64,000 bases of DNA from Octopus vulgaris. Lineage: Eukaryota. Shown here one piece after another: positions 39,540 to 51,626 of this stretch. The number at the start of each line of letters is the position of its first letter. The stretch's first letter is position 1. The stretch is taken from contig OX597820.1 in the NCBI GenBank assembly GCA_951406725.2, forward strand, positions 75,268,001 through 75,332,000, written 5' to 3'. Position numbers and translations under genes: made by a program. The notes under the pieces are model-generated. The model was given only the letters and a program-made list of their open reading frames with translations. It did not search any database and was not told the DNA's origin.

Positions 39540-40649
39540 ATACACACACACACATGCATGCATCGTCAAATAGAATAGAAATTCACGGAACCAGCTTGTT
39601 ATGAATTACTGTTTACATTCATCTCTTCATAGTTTGGCTTCTTTATTGGCTATCATTAGAAGCGAAATTGCTTATGCAAAGTTGGTGATTCTTTTCTATA
39701 AACAACATTGCACCGGCTGCAAGGATATTCAAATCTCAGTTATTTTCCACATACTTCTTTCATAAATAGTTGATAATCGTGACCAAGCCATGAAGTGAAT
39801 TTTTGTTTTTTTCTCATGTTGAGCAGATCTGAAACTAAGAGATGAGAGTTTTGTGTGCCAGGTATCTGAAGTAATCATCATTATCATCGAGATCCATTAA
39901 CTGTTGGAGCCAGTCAATGGGGCACCACTTTGAACGGTTTCATAGGTAGCCGTCGCCACTGGTTTTTGTTGTCTGCTATGCGTAGTATGTTCTCGGTGTT
40001 GTGGCCTGTCCAGTCCTTTCTTTCGCCCTCTTTCATATGTGCTCAGGAGAACGGTTCAGGGAGGTGTGACGGTGTACACGACCGAACAAAGCAAGCTTCT
40101 GTCTTTTCACCAGTCCAAGGAGTGGCTCCAGTCTGCCAGCGTATGTAGTGATTTGCTGCCTGACAGAGCTGTTCATATTGTGCCTTGTGTACTAGATGTG
40201 TAACGGCCTACAGAAGCATTTGCTCTCAAACGCTTGGTGTCTTCGCTCCATGAATTAATACAAACCAACTGTTTTCTATCTGGTCTCACTCTACTGAATT
40301 CCATTGATATGTGGTACAATGTAATGATATTTAAATAAACCAAGCGATAAGCTGAATGTAATGTTTATCGGAGGATATAACAATATCCTTGTTCTGTATC
40401 TTTAAAATAAATAATGTTTATCGCTAAAGTTAAAATAGAGGTGCTACATACTTACTTTGCAAAGTTCCCGCAAAACAACTTCCAAATTTCGTTCATGCAT
40501 TTGTTGCATCTCGGGAGGGTCAACTGGTGCATGATAAACACACGTAGTGTTACTTTTCACTTCTTTATTGATTATTTGTTAATAGTTGAACTATTTAGCC
40601 AAATAAGTAATCGATCGTTTCACCAACGTTTTAATCAATCAGTCAGTCA

Positions 40650-40700
<51 letters not shown>

Positions 40701-40900
40701 GCTACTGCTGCTGCTGCTGCTGCTGCTGCTAGTACTACTGCTACTACTACTGCTACTCCTGCTGGTACTACTGCTACCGCCGCTGCTTCTGCTGCTGCTG
40801 ATACTATTACTACAATTATTACTAGTGCTGCTGCTGCTACTGCTGTTTCCGCTGTTGCTACACACACACATACACACACACACACACACATAAATATATA

Positions 40901-40989
<89 letters not shown>

Positions 40990-41128
40990 GGGGGGGCGTC
41001 TATATTATAACCTATATTATTACAAATTATATATACCAATATATTCTTTTATATACGGAACATATTCGTAAATGACATATTTTGATCATCTCCCTAATTG
41101 CATGTAGGTCAATATATATAAATGTATT

Positions 41129-41162
<34 letters not shown>

Positions 41163-41239
41163 GAGAGAGAGAGACAGACAGACAGAGTGAAACAGATAGA
41201 TAGATGGATTGATAGTTAAACACTTAGATAGATGTGATG

Positions 41240-41293
<54 letters not shown>

Positions 41294-41514
41294 GATACAT
41301 ACGTATGCATATATGTGTGTGTGAACATGTGTATGTGTATATTATAAACATACACACAAACATATACTAATATATGCACATGTATATACATATATGTGTG
41401 TGTGTGTGCGTGTGTGTTTACATGTTTGTGTTTCCTTCCTTGAACGTCTGCTAATAATTTGCATGTACCTCGCGTTGTTTCTTTTCTTGTGTTTGTTCTC
41501 CGTTTTTTAGGATT

Positions 41515-41551
<37 letters not shown>

Positions 41552-42732
41552 ACATACACACGCACACACTGAAGCACACACACACACTGAAGCACACACA
41601 CACACACACATGCATACATCGTCATATAGAATAGAAATTCACGGAACCAGCTTGTTATGAATTACTGTTTACATTCATCTCTCCATAGTTTGGCTTCTCT
41701 ATTGGCTATCATTAGAAGCGAAATTGCTTATGCAAAGTTGGTGATTCTTTTCTATAAACAACATTGCACCGGCTGCAAGGATATTCAAATCTCAGTTATT
41801 TTCCACATACTTCTTTCATAAATAGTTGATAATCGTGACCAAGCCATGAAGTGAATTTTTGTTTTTTTCTCATGTTGAGCAGATCTGAAACTAAGAGATG
41901 AGAGTTTTGTGTGCCAGGTATCTGAAGTAATCATCATTATCATCGAGATCCATTAACTGTTGGAGCCAGTCAATGGGGCACCACTTTGAACGGTTTCATA
42001 GGTAGCCGTCGCCACTGGTTTTTGTTGTCTGTTATGCGTAGTATGTTCTCGGTGTTGTGGCCTGTCCAGTCCTTTCTTTCGCCCTCTTTCATATGTGCTC
42101 AGGAGAACGGTTCAGGGAGGTGTGACGGTGTACACGACTGAACAAAGCAAGCTTCTGTCTTTTCACCAGTCCAAGGAGTGGCTCCAGTCTGCCAGCGTAT
42201 GTAGTGATTTGCTGCCTGACAGAGCTGTTCATATTGTGCCTTGTGTACTAGATGTGTAACGGCCTACAGAAGCATTTGCTCTCAAACGCTTGGTGTCTTC
42301 GCTCCATGAATTAATACAAACCAACTATTTTCTACCAGGTCTCACTCTACTGAATCCCATTGATATGTGGTACGATGTAAATAAACCAAGCGATAAGCTG
42401 AATGTAATGTTTATCGGAGGATATAACAATATCCTTGTTCTGTATCTTTAAAATAAATAATGTTTATCGCTAAAGTTAAAATAGAGGTGCTACATACTTA
42501 CTTTGAAAAGTTCCCGTAAAACAACTTCCAAATTTCGTTCTTGCATTTGGTTTGCAAGATTCATGATGAGAACTCTTGTTTTGAAACGTTTTGTTGCATC
42601 TCGGGAGGTGCATGATGAACACATGTGCTGTTACTTTTCACTTCTTTATTGATTATTTGTTAATAGTTTAACTATTTAAACATGTAAGTAATCGATAGTT
42701 TCACCAAAGTTTTAATCAATCAGTCAGTCAAA

Positions 42733-42805
<73 letters not shown>

Positions 42806-42990
42806 ACTACTAGTACTACTGCTACTACTACAGCTACTGGTACTACTGCGACTGGTGCTGCTTCTGCTGCTGCTGCTGATACTATTACTACTATTAATAC
42901 TAGTGCTACTGCTGCTTCCACTGTTGCTGCTGCTGCTACTGCTACTACTACTACTACTACTACTGCTGTTGCTACTACCACTACTACTAC
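38938..42990. repeat. Tandem duplication of a ~2.05-kb unit (38938-~40890 and 40987-~42990)
   Basis: Both units start tatattataacctatattattacaaattat after a (TA)n run and are colinear through to the (CTA/CTG)n array. Confidence 0.95.
39940..40250 (-). mobile_element. RTE-clade LINE 3' fragment (duplicated at ~41998-42307)
   Basis: ERRHQAFESKCFCRPLHI.YTRH.MN..VRQQI...AGRLEPLL.LVKRQKLALFGRV.RH resembles the RTE C-terminus. Confidence 0.8.
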
Positions 42991-43047
42991 TATTAATGTT
43001 GTTGTAATTGTTGTTAGGGTTACAATAATTACAACCCTAACAGCAAT

Positions 43048-44543
43048 TTACTTTTTGCTATATTGTTTTTGGCGATGCTTCAAGAAGCTTTTGAAGATTA
43101 CCATGAAGATGTAAAGTTTCAGCTTCGCACAGATTGAGATTTACGAAACCTAAATTGGAAAAAACATCAGCCCAAAGACACAGATCCGGAAGAGATGCTA
43201 CGCGATTTTCTCCCAAATTTGGAGTAATTCAGGAAATAGCTAAATGGTTTGTTGCAGGAGCTTGTACATTTGGGCTGATTATCTGCATTGAGAAGACTGA
43301 AGCTTTATTCCAGCCAAAGCCTGCGACAGGATATATTAAATGTGAGGATTCATAATAAACCACTCAAATTGGCCAGGTCTTTTAAATATCTTGGAACTAC
43401 AGTAAACTTTACTAGCACACTTGATGACGAAGTCAATGATAGAATATCTCTCTTCGTTTGTGGGATGAACATGAAATTCCAACCCCGTTTCGTGGTTTGC
43501 TACCTCAACATCTCCTTTATAGGATCCAGTGGCTACATACATCATCAGGAGGAACCACGTCCGGTTTTGGCCCCAACTCCTCTAGCGTTTTCGACGTGGC
43601 GGAGCCCCCCCTTTCGGAGGTGTCTTCAGCTCTGGTGTTCAATGCATTTCTTCTTTCTCTTTCTTTCTCCTTCTTCCTTCTCCCGGCCTCTTCGATGCAG
43701 CGTCACCGAGTGTCAGCGGGCTACTGATCACCCTGTCAAATCTTCTTTTAAATACTCGCTGGAAGGCTCCAGCAACCAGCATCAGCTAGTTGTCACGTGA
43801 CACTGTCTAAACTTCAACCGACCAATGGAGGGGAAGGACGCGTAATCTTAGCCCGCGCCCTCTCTAAACCTGCCTTCCAACAGTGTCGTGTTAATTTCAG
43901 TTCCAGCAGCCACAGCCGACCAGCTGTTTGGTGGTAGACACCTTCGAACCAGGAGGAGAGGGCACTATGAACAAACCAAAAATAATTGCATATATATCTT
44001 GTATTTCGATCACACTTTTTTTACAAGGTAGAAGCATTGACTCCCTACTACAAACATAAACATATAAAGAAACTTGAAAATGTTCACATATGCTACCTGC
44101 GCAATATCTGCAAAAAGAGAAATGGCAAGATATGATATCAAATGTCAAGATTTTTAAACGTGATATCTCTAGTATCGAAATCATGCTGTTGAGAATTCAA
44201 GTTAGTTGAGCAGGGCATATTATTACGATGCATGATGATCGCATTCTGAAAACTCTTGCGTGTGACCAACAGTAGAAGTGTTCTGTGGCAAAGGATGACC
44301 CATCTTTAGGTATAAGAATATACTAGAACGAAAGCTAAAATCCATACGGCATAAATTAACATCTTGAAAGTTATTTTCAATAGGGATCCGAATGGCATCA
44401 ATTGTGTCACGATGCATCTAAACACTTTGAGTTGAAGAAACAGAACAATAAGATAATTATATCCTGGAATCGACAGACATTTTTGTCCAATCTTAGGCAA
44501 CGTCATCAGTGTCCTCGTTGTGGCTCCATAGCAAAATCCATCC
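43048..44543 (+). mobile_element. Decayed RTE-clade LINE (RT C-half), interrupted by an insertion
   Basis: LFAILFLAMLQEAF..FQLRTD, ACTFGLIICIEKTE..QPKP, FKYLGTT...LDDEVNDRIS, RLWDEHEI | TKIIAY...KWQD.I.N...AGHIITMHDDRILK. Confidence 0.85.
43486..43973 (-). mobile_element. Probable solo LTR nested in the RTE element
   Basis: Minus strand begins TGTtcatagtg and ends ccacgaaacg (decayed ..ACA); flanks aaccc/aacca; internal CCAAT, CACGTG and TATTTAAAAG; RTE peptide resumes across it. Confidence 0.6.
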
Positions 44544-45141
44544 CTTCTTCTTCTTCTTCTTCTTCTTCTTCTTCTTCTTCTTCTTCTTCTTCTTCTTCTT
44601 CTTCGTCTTTTTCTTCTTCTTTTTCTTCTTATTCCATTCTTCTTCTTCTTCTTCTTACCCTCCTTCGCCTCTTCCCTCCTCCTCCTCCTCCTCCTTATTA
44701 TTATTATTTTTCTTCTTCTTCTTCTTCTTCTTCTTCTTCTTCTCCTCATCCTCTTCCTCCTCCTCCTCCTTATTCTTTTTCTTCTTCTTCTTTTTCTTTT
44801 TCTTCTTCTTCTTCTTCTTCTTTTTCTTCTTCTTCTTCTTCTTCGTCTTCTTTTTCTTCTTCTTCTTCTTCTTCTTCTTCTTCTTCTTCTTCTTCTTCTC
44901 CTCCTCCTTCGCCTCTTCCTCTTCCTCCTCCTCCTCCTCCTTCTTCTTCTTCTTCTTCTTCTTCTTCTTCTTCTTCTCCTCTTCCTCTTCCTCCTCCTCC
45001 TCCTTATTCATTTTCTTCTTCTTCTTTTTTCTTTTTCTTCTTTTTCTTCTTTTTCTTCTTCTTCTTCCATTCTTCTTCTTCTTCTTCTTCTTCTTCTTCT
45101 TCTTCTTCTTCTCCTTCGCCTCTTCCTCTTCCTCCTCCTCC

Positions 45142-45200
<59 letters not shown>
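44544..45200. repeat. Compound (TTC)n/(CCT)n/(TTA)n polypyrimidine tract
   Basis: Direct reading. Confidence 0.97.
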
Positions 45201-45202
<2 letters not shown>

Positions 45203-45376
45203 GGCAGCAAGCTCGCAGAAATACTTTCGCAACGTTCTAAGTTCAAATTCTGCCGAAATTGCCTTTGCTTTTATCATATCTGCGTCGATAAATTAAGTAC
45301 CAGTAAAACACTGTGGTCGATGTAATCGATTATCCCTTTCCCCCAAATATTAGACCTTGTGCTTATAGTAGAAAGG

Positions 45377-45408
<32 letters not shown>

Positions 45409-45600
45409 CAAGACGACAAGCAGACAGAATTGTTAGCACTACAGATCAAAATGCTTAGCGGCATTTCGCCCGATTTTACGATTTCAATTCGAATTCCACC
45501 AATTCATGCTATCAGTATCGAAAAGATAAGTACCAGTGGAGTACGGGGGAGGGGGGAATTGTAATCAAGTTACCCCTTCCTCTTCTGCCAAATTTTGAAA
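45201..45600 (+). mobile_element. Two tandem SINE family B copies, separated by (TTA)n
   Basis: aaggcagcaagctcgcagaa head, gttcaaattc B-box, gtcgataaattaagtaccag core. Confidence 0.8.
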
Positions 45601-46108
45601 ACAATATCTACAAACTTGAAGCAATTATTGCAGGCTGTAGAATTAATGAAAATAATTTGAACTATGCTCTGACAGTTCATTAAGCAAACATAATCTTTTG
45701 ACTTAACGTCCAGTTCTTGAATATTTATTTCTACGATTCTAATAACAGGTTTTAATATTGGAAAGCATGAGGTTATTTTCCAGTAAATTTTCATCTGAAA
45801 TGACTTCATTAGCAAAAATTAGGTTTGTTTTAAAATTGATTTTCTGGCTTTAGGATTAATAATAGAGATTATCATTTAGCTGTCAATTTTTTTGGTTTTT
45901 CTTGAATTCGTTGCATATTTGCATGTCTACTGCTCTGCGAATCGCATATCTTTTGCTATACCAGCTCACTAAGAAATATGTACTGCTTCATTAAAATGTT
46001 TTTCATGTATAGTAGATATATGTGTGTGCGTGTGTGTGTTTTGTGTGAGAATGTGTGCTTGTGTGTATGTATATGTATATATATGTATACATATATATAT
46101 ATAAAATT

Positions 46109-46142
<34 letters not shown>

Positions 46143-46149
46143 AATTTTT

Positions 46150-47020
46150 TGCGTAATAAGATAAAAGACCAAGGCTGTGTAGATATTAGAGCATTTATTG
46201 ATAGAAGGTCTTACCACTGTTTCTAGAATATTTATTAATAATATCCCTTCATCGGAGACGGTGTGAGAGGATAGTTAAGTCATAGTTTATTTAGAAGTAA
46301 TACAAAATAGAGAGTGAGGTGGAACAAAGAAAATAGAGGCAAGATATGTATGGGTATTGAAGTTGTAAATCCATTTTTTACACATAATGGTATATATGCA
46401 ATATTCCAATATCCTATGAGTAAAGTCCAAAAGTCCAACAGAATTTAAAATGAGTCCTTCCAAATATAGAGTTTATAAGCAATGTAAGATTCCCTTATGA
46501 GTGAGATCCAGCAGATTTTTAAAATTGGTCATTCCCAGTAGAGAATTTATATACAGTGTTGCAGAGTCAAAGTTTTTTTTTTATATTTAAAATAACCTAA
46601 AAATAGGGAGTGTCTTAGTAAGGTCAAATAGAAAACAGGAAAAGAGGAATGAAGAAAGAGAAAAAAGGAAGAGAAAAAAGAGAAAAGAAATAAAAAATGA
46701 AAGAGAAAGGAGAAGAGAAGGAGAAGAACGAAAGAAGAATATTAGTAAAATAATAACAAAATAATAAAGAATAAAAACCCTGAAGAGAGGGATAAAAGGA
46801 ATAAAGAAAAAAGAAAAATGAAGATATAGATCATTCAGTGGTCAGTGCAGAAAATGTGAAAGTAGGAGTGGGGATATGAAGGGTGAAAGAGAGAGAAAGG
46901 TGTTATAGTGTAAAAGATGGAGGAATGTGGTGAGGTTAAGAGGTAAAGGAATGACAAACGTGTAGTAGTAGAGTCTAAGTGTAGGGGCAGAGATTTGAAC
47001 AATTAAGGAATTTATATGTT
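46150..47020 (-). mobile_element. PLE-like terminal-repeat element carrying a hammerhead variant
   Basis: Hammerhead-like motif at 46208-46259 followed on the minus strand by AATAAA and (TA)n; the upstream extent is uncertain. Confidence 0.45.
46208..46259 (-). ncRNA. Type I hammerhead-like motif with CCGAUGA core
   Basis: GTCT-CCGATGA-agggatatt/attaata/aatattcta-GAAA-CAGTG-GTA-AGAC: stem I GUCU:AGAC, long stem II, GUA triplet. Confidence 0.6.
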
Positions 47021-47023
47021 TAG

Positions 47024-47312
47024 CAGTTCGATCCCGGACCGGGCTGCGTGTTGTGTTCTCGAGCAAGGCACTTTATTTCACGTTGCTCCAGTTCACTCAG
47101 CTGTAGAAATGAGTTGTGACGTCACTGGTGCAAAGCTGTATCGACCTTTGTCTTTCCCTTGAATAACACTGGTGGCGTGGAGAGGGGAGGCTGGTATGCA
47201 TGGGCGACTGCTGGCCTTCCATAAACAACCTTGCCCGGACTTGTGTCTTGGAGGGTAACTTTCTAGGTGCAATCCCATGGTCATTCATGACCGAAGGGGG
47301 TCTTTACCCTTT
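47024..47312 (+). mobile_element. tRNA-derived SINE, family C (5' truncated)
   Basis: gttcgatccc B-box, gagcaaggcacttta and cactcagctgtagaaatgagt conserved SINE central motifs. Confidence 0.7.
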
Positions 47313-47389
47313 ACTTAGTAATATGAGAAAAAATATATACATATATATCAACAAAAGGTTGATGGGGGAATACTTAGGCGTTTCTACTA

Positions 47390-47528
47390 TATGCACAAGG
47401 CCTGAAATTTTGGGGGAGGGCGCCATTCGATTAGATAGGATGAATGGAAAAGACGACCGCGGCAAAATTTGAACTCAGATCGTAAAGAGAGACGAAATGC
47501 ACCAAGTATTTCGCCCGGCGTGCCGCCA
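47390..47528 (-). mobile_element. SINE family B, internally deleted
   Basis: cacaaggcctgaaattttgggggaggg tail and tttgaactcag B-box complements. Confidence 0.75.
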
Positions 47529-47737
47529 TAGTGAGAATACATAATAACATTTAAAAGTAATCACAAACATTTTAGAAAAATTAAAGCATTAACAGGTATA
47601 GTCTTTCATTTAGATACTTTGCCCACCCGCCAATTTTTATTTCTCTCGCTTTTCTATTTTTTCATACATATATACACAGTCACAAGCAGAACGATACAAA
47701 CACACGTACATACTCATATGTATATAGTATATTTATA

Positions 47738-47882
<145 letters not shown>

Positions 47883-48272
47883 CTCTTTACTCTTTTCTCT
47901 TACTTGTTTCAGTCATTTGACTACGGCCATGCTGGAGCACCGCCTTTAGTCGAGCAAATCGACCCCGGGACTTATTCTATGTAAGCCCAGTACTTATTCT
48001 ATCGGTCTCTTTTGCCGAACCGCTAAGTGACGGGGACGTGAACGCACCAGCATCGGTTGTCAAGCAATGCTAGGGGGACAAACACACACACACACACACA
48101 CATACATATACATATATACATATATACGACAGGTTTCTTTCAGTTTCCGTCTACCAAATCCACTCACAAGGCATTGGTCGCCCGGGGCAATAGCAGGAGA
48201 CATTGCCCAAGATGCCACGCAGTGGGACTGAACCCGGAACCAGGTGGTTGGTTAGCAAGCCACTTACCACAC
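47883..48272 (-). mobile_element. SINE family A, well conserved
   Basis: Close match to the reverse complement of 59589-60025. Confidence 0.93.
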
Positions 48273-48453
48273 ACATATATATGTACGCACATATACTCAC
48301 TAAAACACACACACACACATACACACACACACACATACACACACACACTCACATATATCTCATACAGCTGGAATACCTCGCAATTCTAAAATATTAAAAT
48401 CAAATACTGAAAAATTTCTGATACTATTAAATTATATTTTGCGTCACTCTTTG

Positions 48454-48527
<74 letters not shown>

Positions 48528-49635
48528 AAGCATTCTATAGGGGATTAGTGGAGGGGAGGTACGACGACGAGCTCGGGGCGAACCTGGACGTCGACGAGGA
48601 GTACCTGACCCGCCTGTTCAGGACGACTTTCGGGCCAGGGCCCATGGACAACTTCCAGAGATCCCTGGCCTGGCAGTGCTACCGAGAAGCGCTACCCGTT
48701 CGGGATAAGCTCTACAGACACGGCTCGAGAAACACGGGGCCGACCTGCCCGAGATGCGGTCAGAGCGACGAAACCGTTCTGCACGCACTCGTGCAATGTC
48801 CAACAATTTCCGACCTGTGGGCTTATGTCGAACAACTGCTGTCACGTGTGGGACGAGTCGGTTTATCAGCTGAGTCTATCGTCAATATTGTCACGCCTCC
48901 TTCCTTCAAACGGGAAGGAAGAGCTATTTTCATCATCCTTGTGGCTATGGCGAAAGAATGTATCTGGTGGACGCGTCTGAAAGGATTGGAAAGAAACACT
49001 TTCCTCTCTGGTCAATCTCTCATCAACTTCTTCAAGTACCACTTGAAAAGGAAAGTGAGAGTAGAGAGGCAAGTTTTGTCTAGCGAATGTTTTAAAAAAA
49101 GATGGGTGAATGTAGCAAGGATGGCACGTATGAATGACGAAGCCACCTTGAGCATAATCCTATGAACCCAGAAATTGAAAACAGAGGGTTACCCACTTGC
49201 AAACAAATGTGGTAACATATAACAATATTGACCAAGGTTACCGTGGTCTTTTTCGTAGGCTTTTCTTCCCACGGATAAACCTTACTTGCTTTCCCCTTTA
49301 CACCATATATCATAACACTGTGATACACGATCCCTATTGATCGTTCTTTTTTTTTTTTTCCTCTTCCTCTTTTTTTCCCCTTTATTCTTCTTTTTTCATT
49401 TCTCTTTCCTTTTGTTCCTTTTCCTTTTCTTTTTTTTTCCTTTTATTCTTTTTATTTTATTCAATTTGTTTTTGTTTTTGTTCTTTTCTTCCCTTTTACG
49501 ATCCCTCTATTTCGAAAACCTACGCCACCCCCTTCTTTTTTCTTTTGTTTTTTGTTCTCTTCATCACCCAAAAGAAAAGCTCTACCTTGTAACTTGTCCC
49601 ATCTGTGTGCAGCCCTGTGTGGCCAATAAAGAAAC
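48528..49635 (+). mobile_element. 5'-truncated Tx1-clade LINE inserted in a (CTAT)n array
   Basis: ORF2 C-terminus, T-rich 3' UTR and aataaagaaac end; (CTAT)n on both sides (48455-48527, 49637-49762). Confidence 0.9.
48548..49165 (+). CDS. LINE ORF2 C-terminal fragment with zf-RVT CCHC knuckle (uninterrupted, 205 aa)
   Basis: LAWQCYREALPVRDKL...CPRCGQSDETVLHALVQCP...LW...AKECIWWTR pattern of L1/Tx1 ORF2. Confidence 0.85.
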   Translation: MEGRYDDELGANLDVDEEYLTRLFRTTFGPGPMDNFQRSLAWQCYREALPVRDKLYRHGSRNTGPTCPRCGQSDETVLHALVQCPTISDLWAYVEQLLSRVGRVGLSAESIVNIVTPPSFKREGRAIFIILVAMAKECIWWTRLKGLERNTFLSGQSLINFFKYHLKRKVRVERQVLSSECFKKRWVNVARMARMNDEATLSIIL

Positions 49636-49685
<50 letters not shown>

Positions 49686-49701
49686 CATCTATCTATCTAT
49701 G

Positions 49702-49764
<63 letters not shown>

Positions 49765-49771
49765 TAATTTG

Positions 49772-50158
49772 CAAGCCTAGTACTTATTCTATTGGTCTCT
49801 TTCGCTGAACATTTAATCGAGCAACTCGACCCCGGGACTTATTCTTTTGTAAGCCCAGTACTTATTCTATCGGTTATTTTTTGCCGAACCGCTAGGTTAC
49901 GGGGACATAAACACACCAGCATCGGTTGTCAAGCAATACTAGGGGGACAAATACAGACACACAAACACACACGCACATATATATATACATATATACGACG
50001 GGCTTCTTTCAGTTTCCGTCTACCAAATTCACTCACAATGCTTTGGTCGGCCCGATGCTATAGTAGAAGACACTTGCCCAAGATGCCACGCAGTAGGACT
50101 GAACCCGGAACCACGTGGTTGATAAGCAAGCTACTTACCACACAACCACTCCTGCGCC
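49772..50158 (-). mobile_element. SINE family A with a locally duplicated core block
   Basis: aagcc.agtacttattctat occurs at both 49773 and 49851. Confidence 0.9.
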
Positions 50159-50164
50159 TCTCCT

Positions 50165-50243
<79 letters not shown>

Positions 50244-50739
50244 GTAGATTGAGAGAGATGCTGACACACACACACACATTCACCCAAAATGTATATATGC
50301 ATGTGTGTGTGTGTCTAAATGCGTGTGATATTTCATATAACAATAAGGTCATCGTCTTGAGATTTGTTTTTCGACAACAATTTACATCAACAATGAATTA
50401 GACCTGTTTACATTCTATTAAATGTTTTTCTGTGGTCGAAACAAATAAATTTAAAAAACGAATAAAACCACGGGGCATTTCAATGAGCGCAGCAGAAATG
50501 TATTTTCAAAAAACAATATGGAAAAAATGGAATTTTATTTTATTTATTTATTGTTGAGTACTACGTATTTGTTTATAGATTTTATGAAAATTTCTGCGAA
50601 AACTTTTGTTTTAACTGAATAACAGTTTACATTAGTAATTTCGTACAATAATATTTAATAAAAGTTTTTGACGAAGCACTTAACCAACACCGTCTGTTTT
50701 CGTGAGTATATATATATAGGATATTTACATGAAAGTATG

Positions 50740-50968
50740 AGGAGGCACATAGCCTAGCGGTTTTGGTCGTACGATTTTGGTTTTGATTTCTCGAGTGGGC
50801 GATGTGTGGTGCAGTTCAACCAAATGCTTCTCTTCACGCCGCTGTTGTCCACTCAGCCAATAAATAATGAATAAAGTTATGAAGGACCGACTTCCCACTA
50901 AGGAGGGAATACATACGCCACAGAATCTGGGAAAGTGGCCTTATGAACCTATGACTCTGGAAGGATTT
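50740..50968 (+). mobile_element. Degenerate tRNA-derived SINE related to family D
   Basis: ggaggcacatagcctagcggtt head; tail atacgccacagaatctgggaaa..ccttatgaacc matches 57688-57994. Confidence 0.55.
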
Positions 50969-51137
50969 CTGATAATCAAATTATGGTAATTCACTGGTCA
51001 CTATATTCTCTATTACCACAAAACAAAATGCGGTTCCCCCTACGTTATGATCTTCCAACGTAAATTTGTGTTGCACTACATTTTGCCACTTCGGCCATTT
51101 TGTAAACAAGTGATTATGGTTAATTCTGTTTTCTTTT

Positions 51138-51330
51138 ATTACTTTATTTGTTTCAGCCATTTGATTGCGGCCATGCTGGAGTACAGCCTTTAGTCGAACA
51201 AATCGACCCCAAGACCCCTTGCTTGTAAGCCTAGTACCTATTCTATTCTGCTCTTTTGCCGAACCGCTAAGTTACGGGGACGTAAACACTTCAACATCGG
51301 TGGTCACGTGATGGTGGGAGGACCAACGCA
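51138..51330 (-). mobile_element. SINE family A, 3' half
   Basis: gcggccatgctggag and gccgaaccgctaagttacggggacgtaaacac. Confidence 0.88.
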
Positions 51331-51357
51331 TACACATAAATATACATACATATATAT

Positions 51358-51572
51358 ATGACCTCGTGTGTACCGTTGGCGATTTTTTTTCCTGTGTCTT
51401 CCCTTCTTTGGATCTTTGCTTCTCCTATGTTTCCGACGAAGAACTCCGCTCGAAACGTTAAACCCTCCTTCTTCCCTTCTTTCTTGAGCGTCCAAAAATA
51501 CGTCCAAAAATATGTTTGTTCTACGTCCTCGAGTTGTGTTTTTTTGTTGTGTTTTCTTGTTTGGATTAACTA

Positions 51573-51577
<5 letters not shown>
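51358..51577 (+). mobile_element. Short PLE-derived element with hammerhead-like motif, embedded in (TA)n
   Basis: gttt-CCGACGA-agaac tcc gctc-GAAACGTT-aaac (51429-51463); its 3' part recurs at ~39370-39465 and ~41430-41520. Confidence 0.6.

Positions 51578-51625
<48 letters not shown>

Positions 51626-51626
<1 letters not shown>

Noticed and set aside
43288-43800. 170-aa ORF
   Set aside because: Chimera of a decayed RTE RT fragment reading into the inserted LTR-like element
49792-50247. Recurring peptide SFRLPN.LT.LWSAR.YSRRHLPK (also 22895, 59585) suggesting a gene family
   Set aside because: Antisense translation of SINE family A
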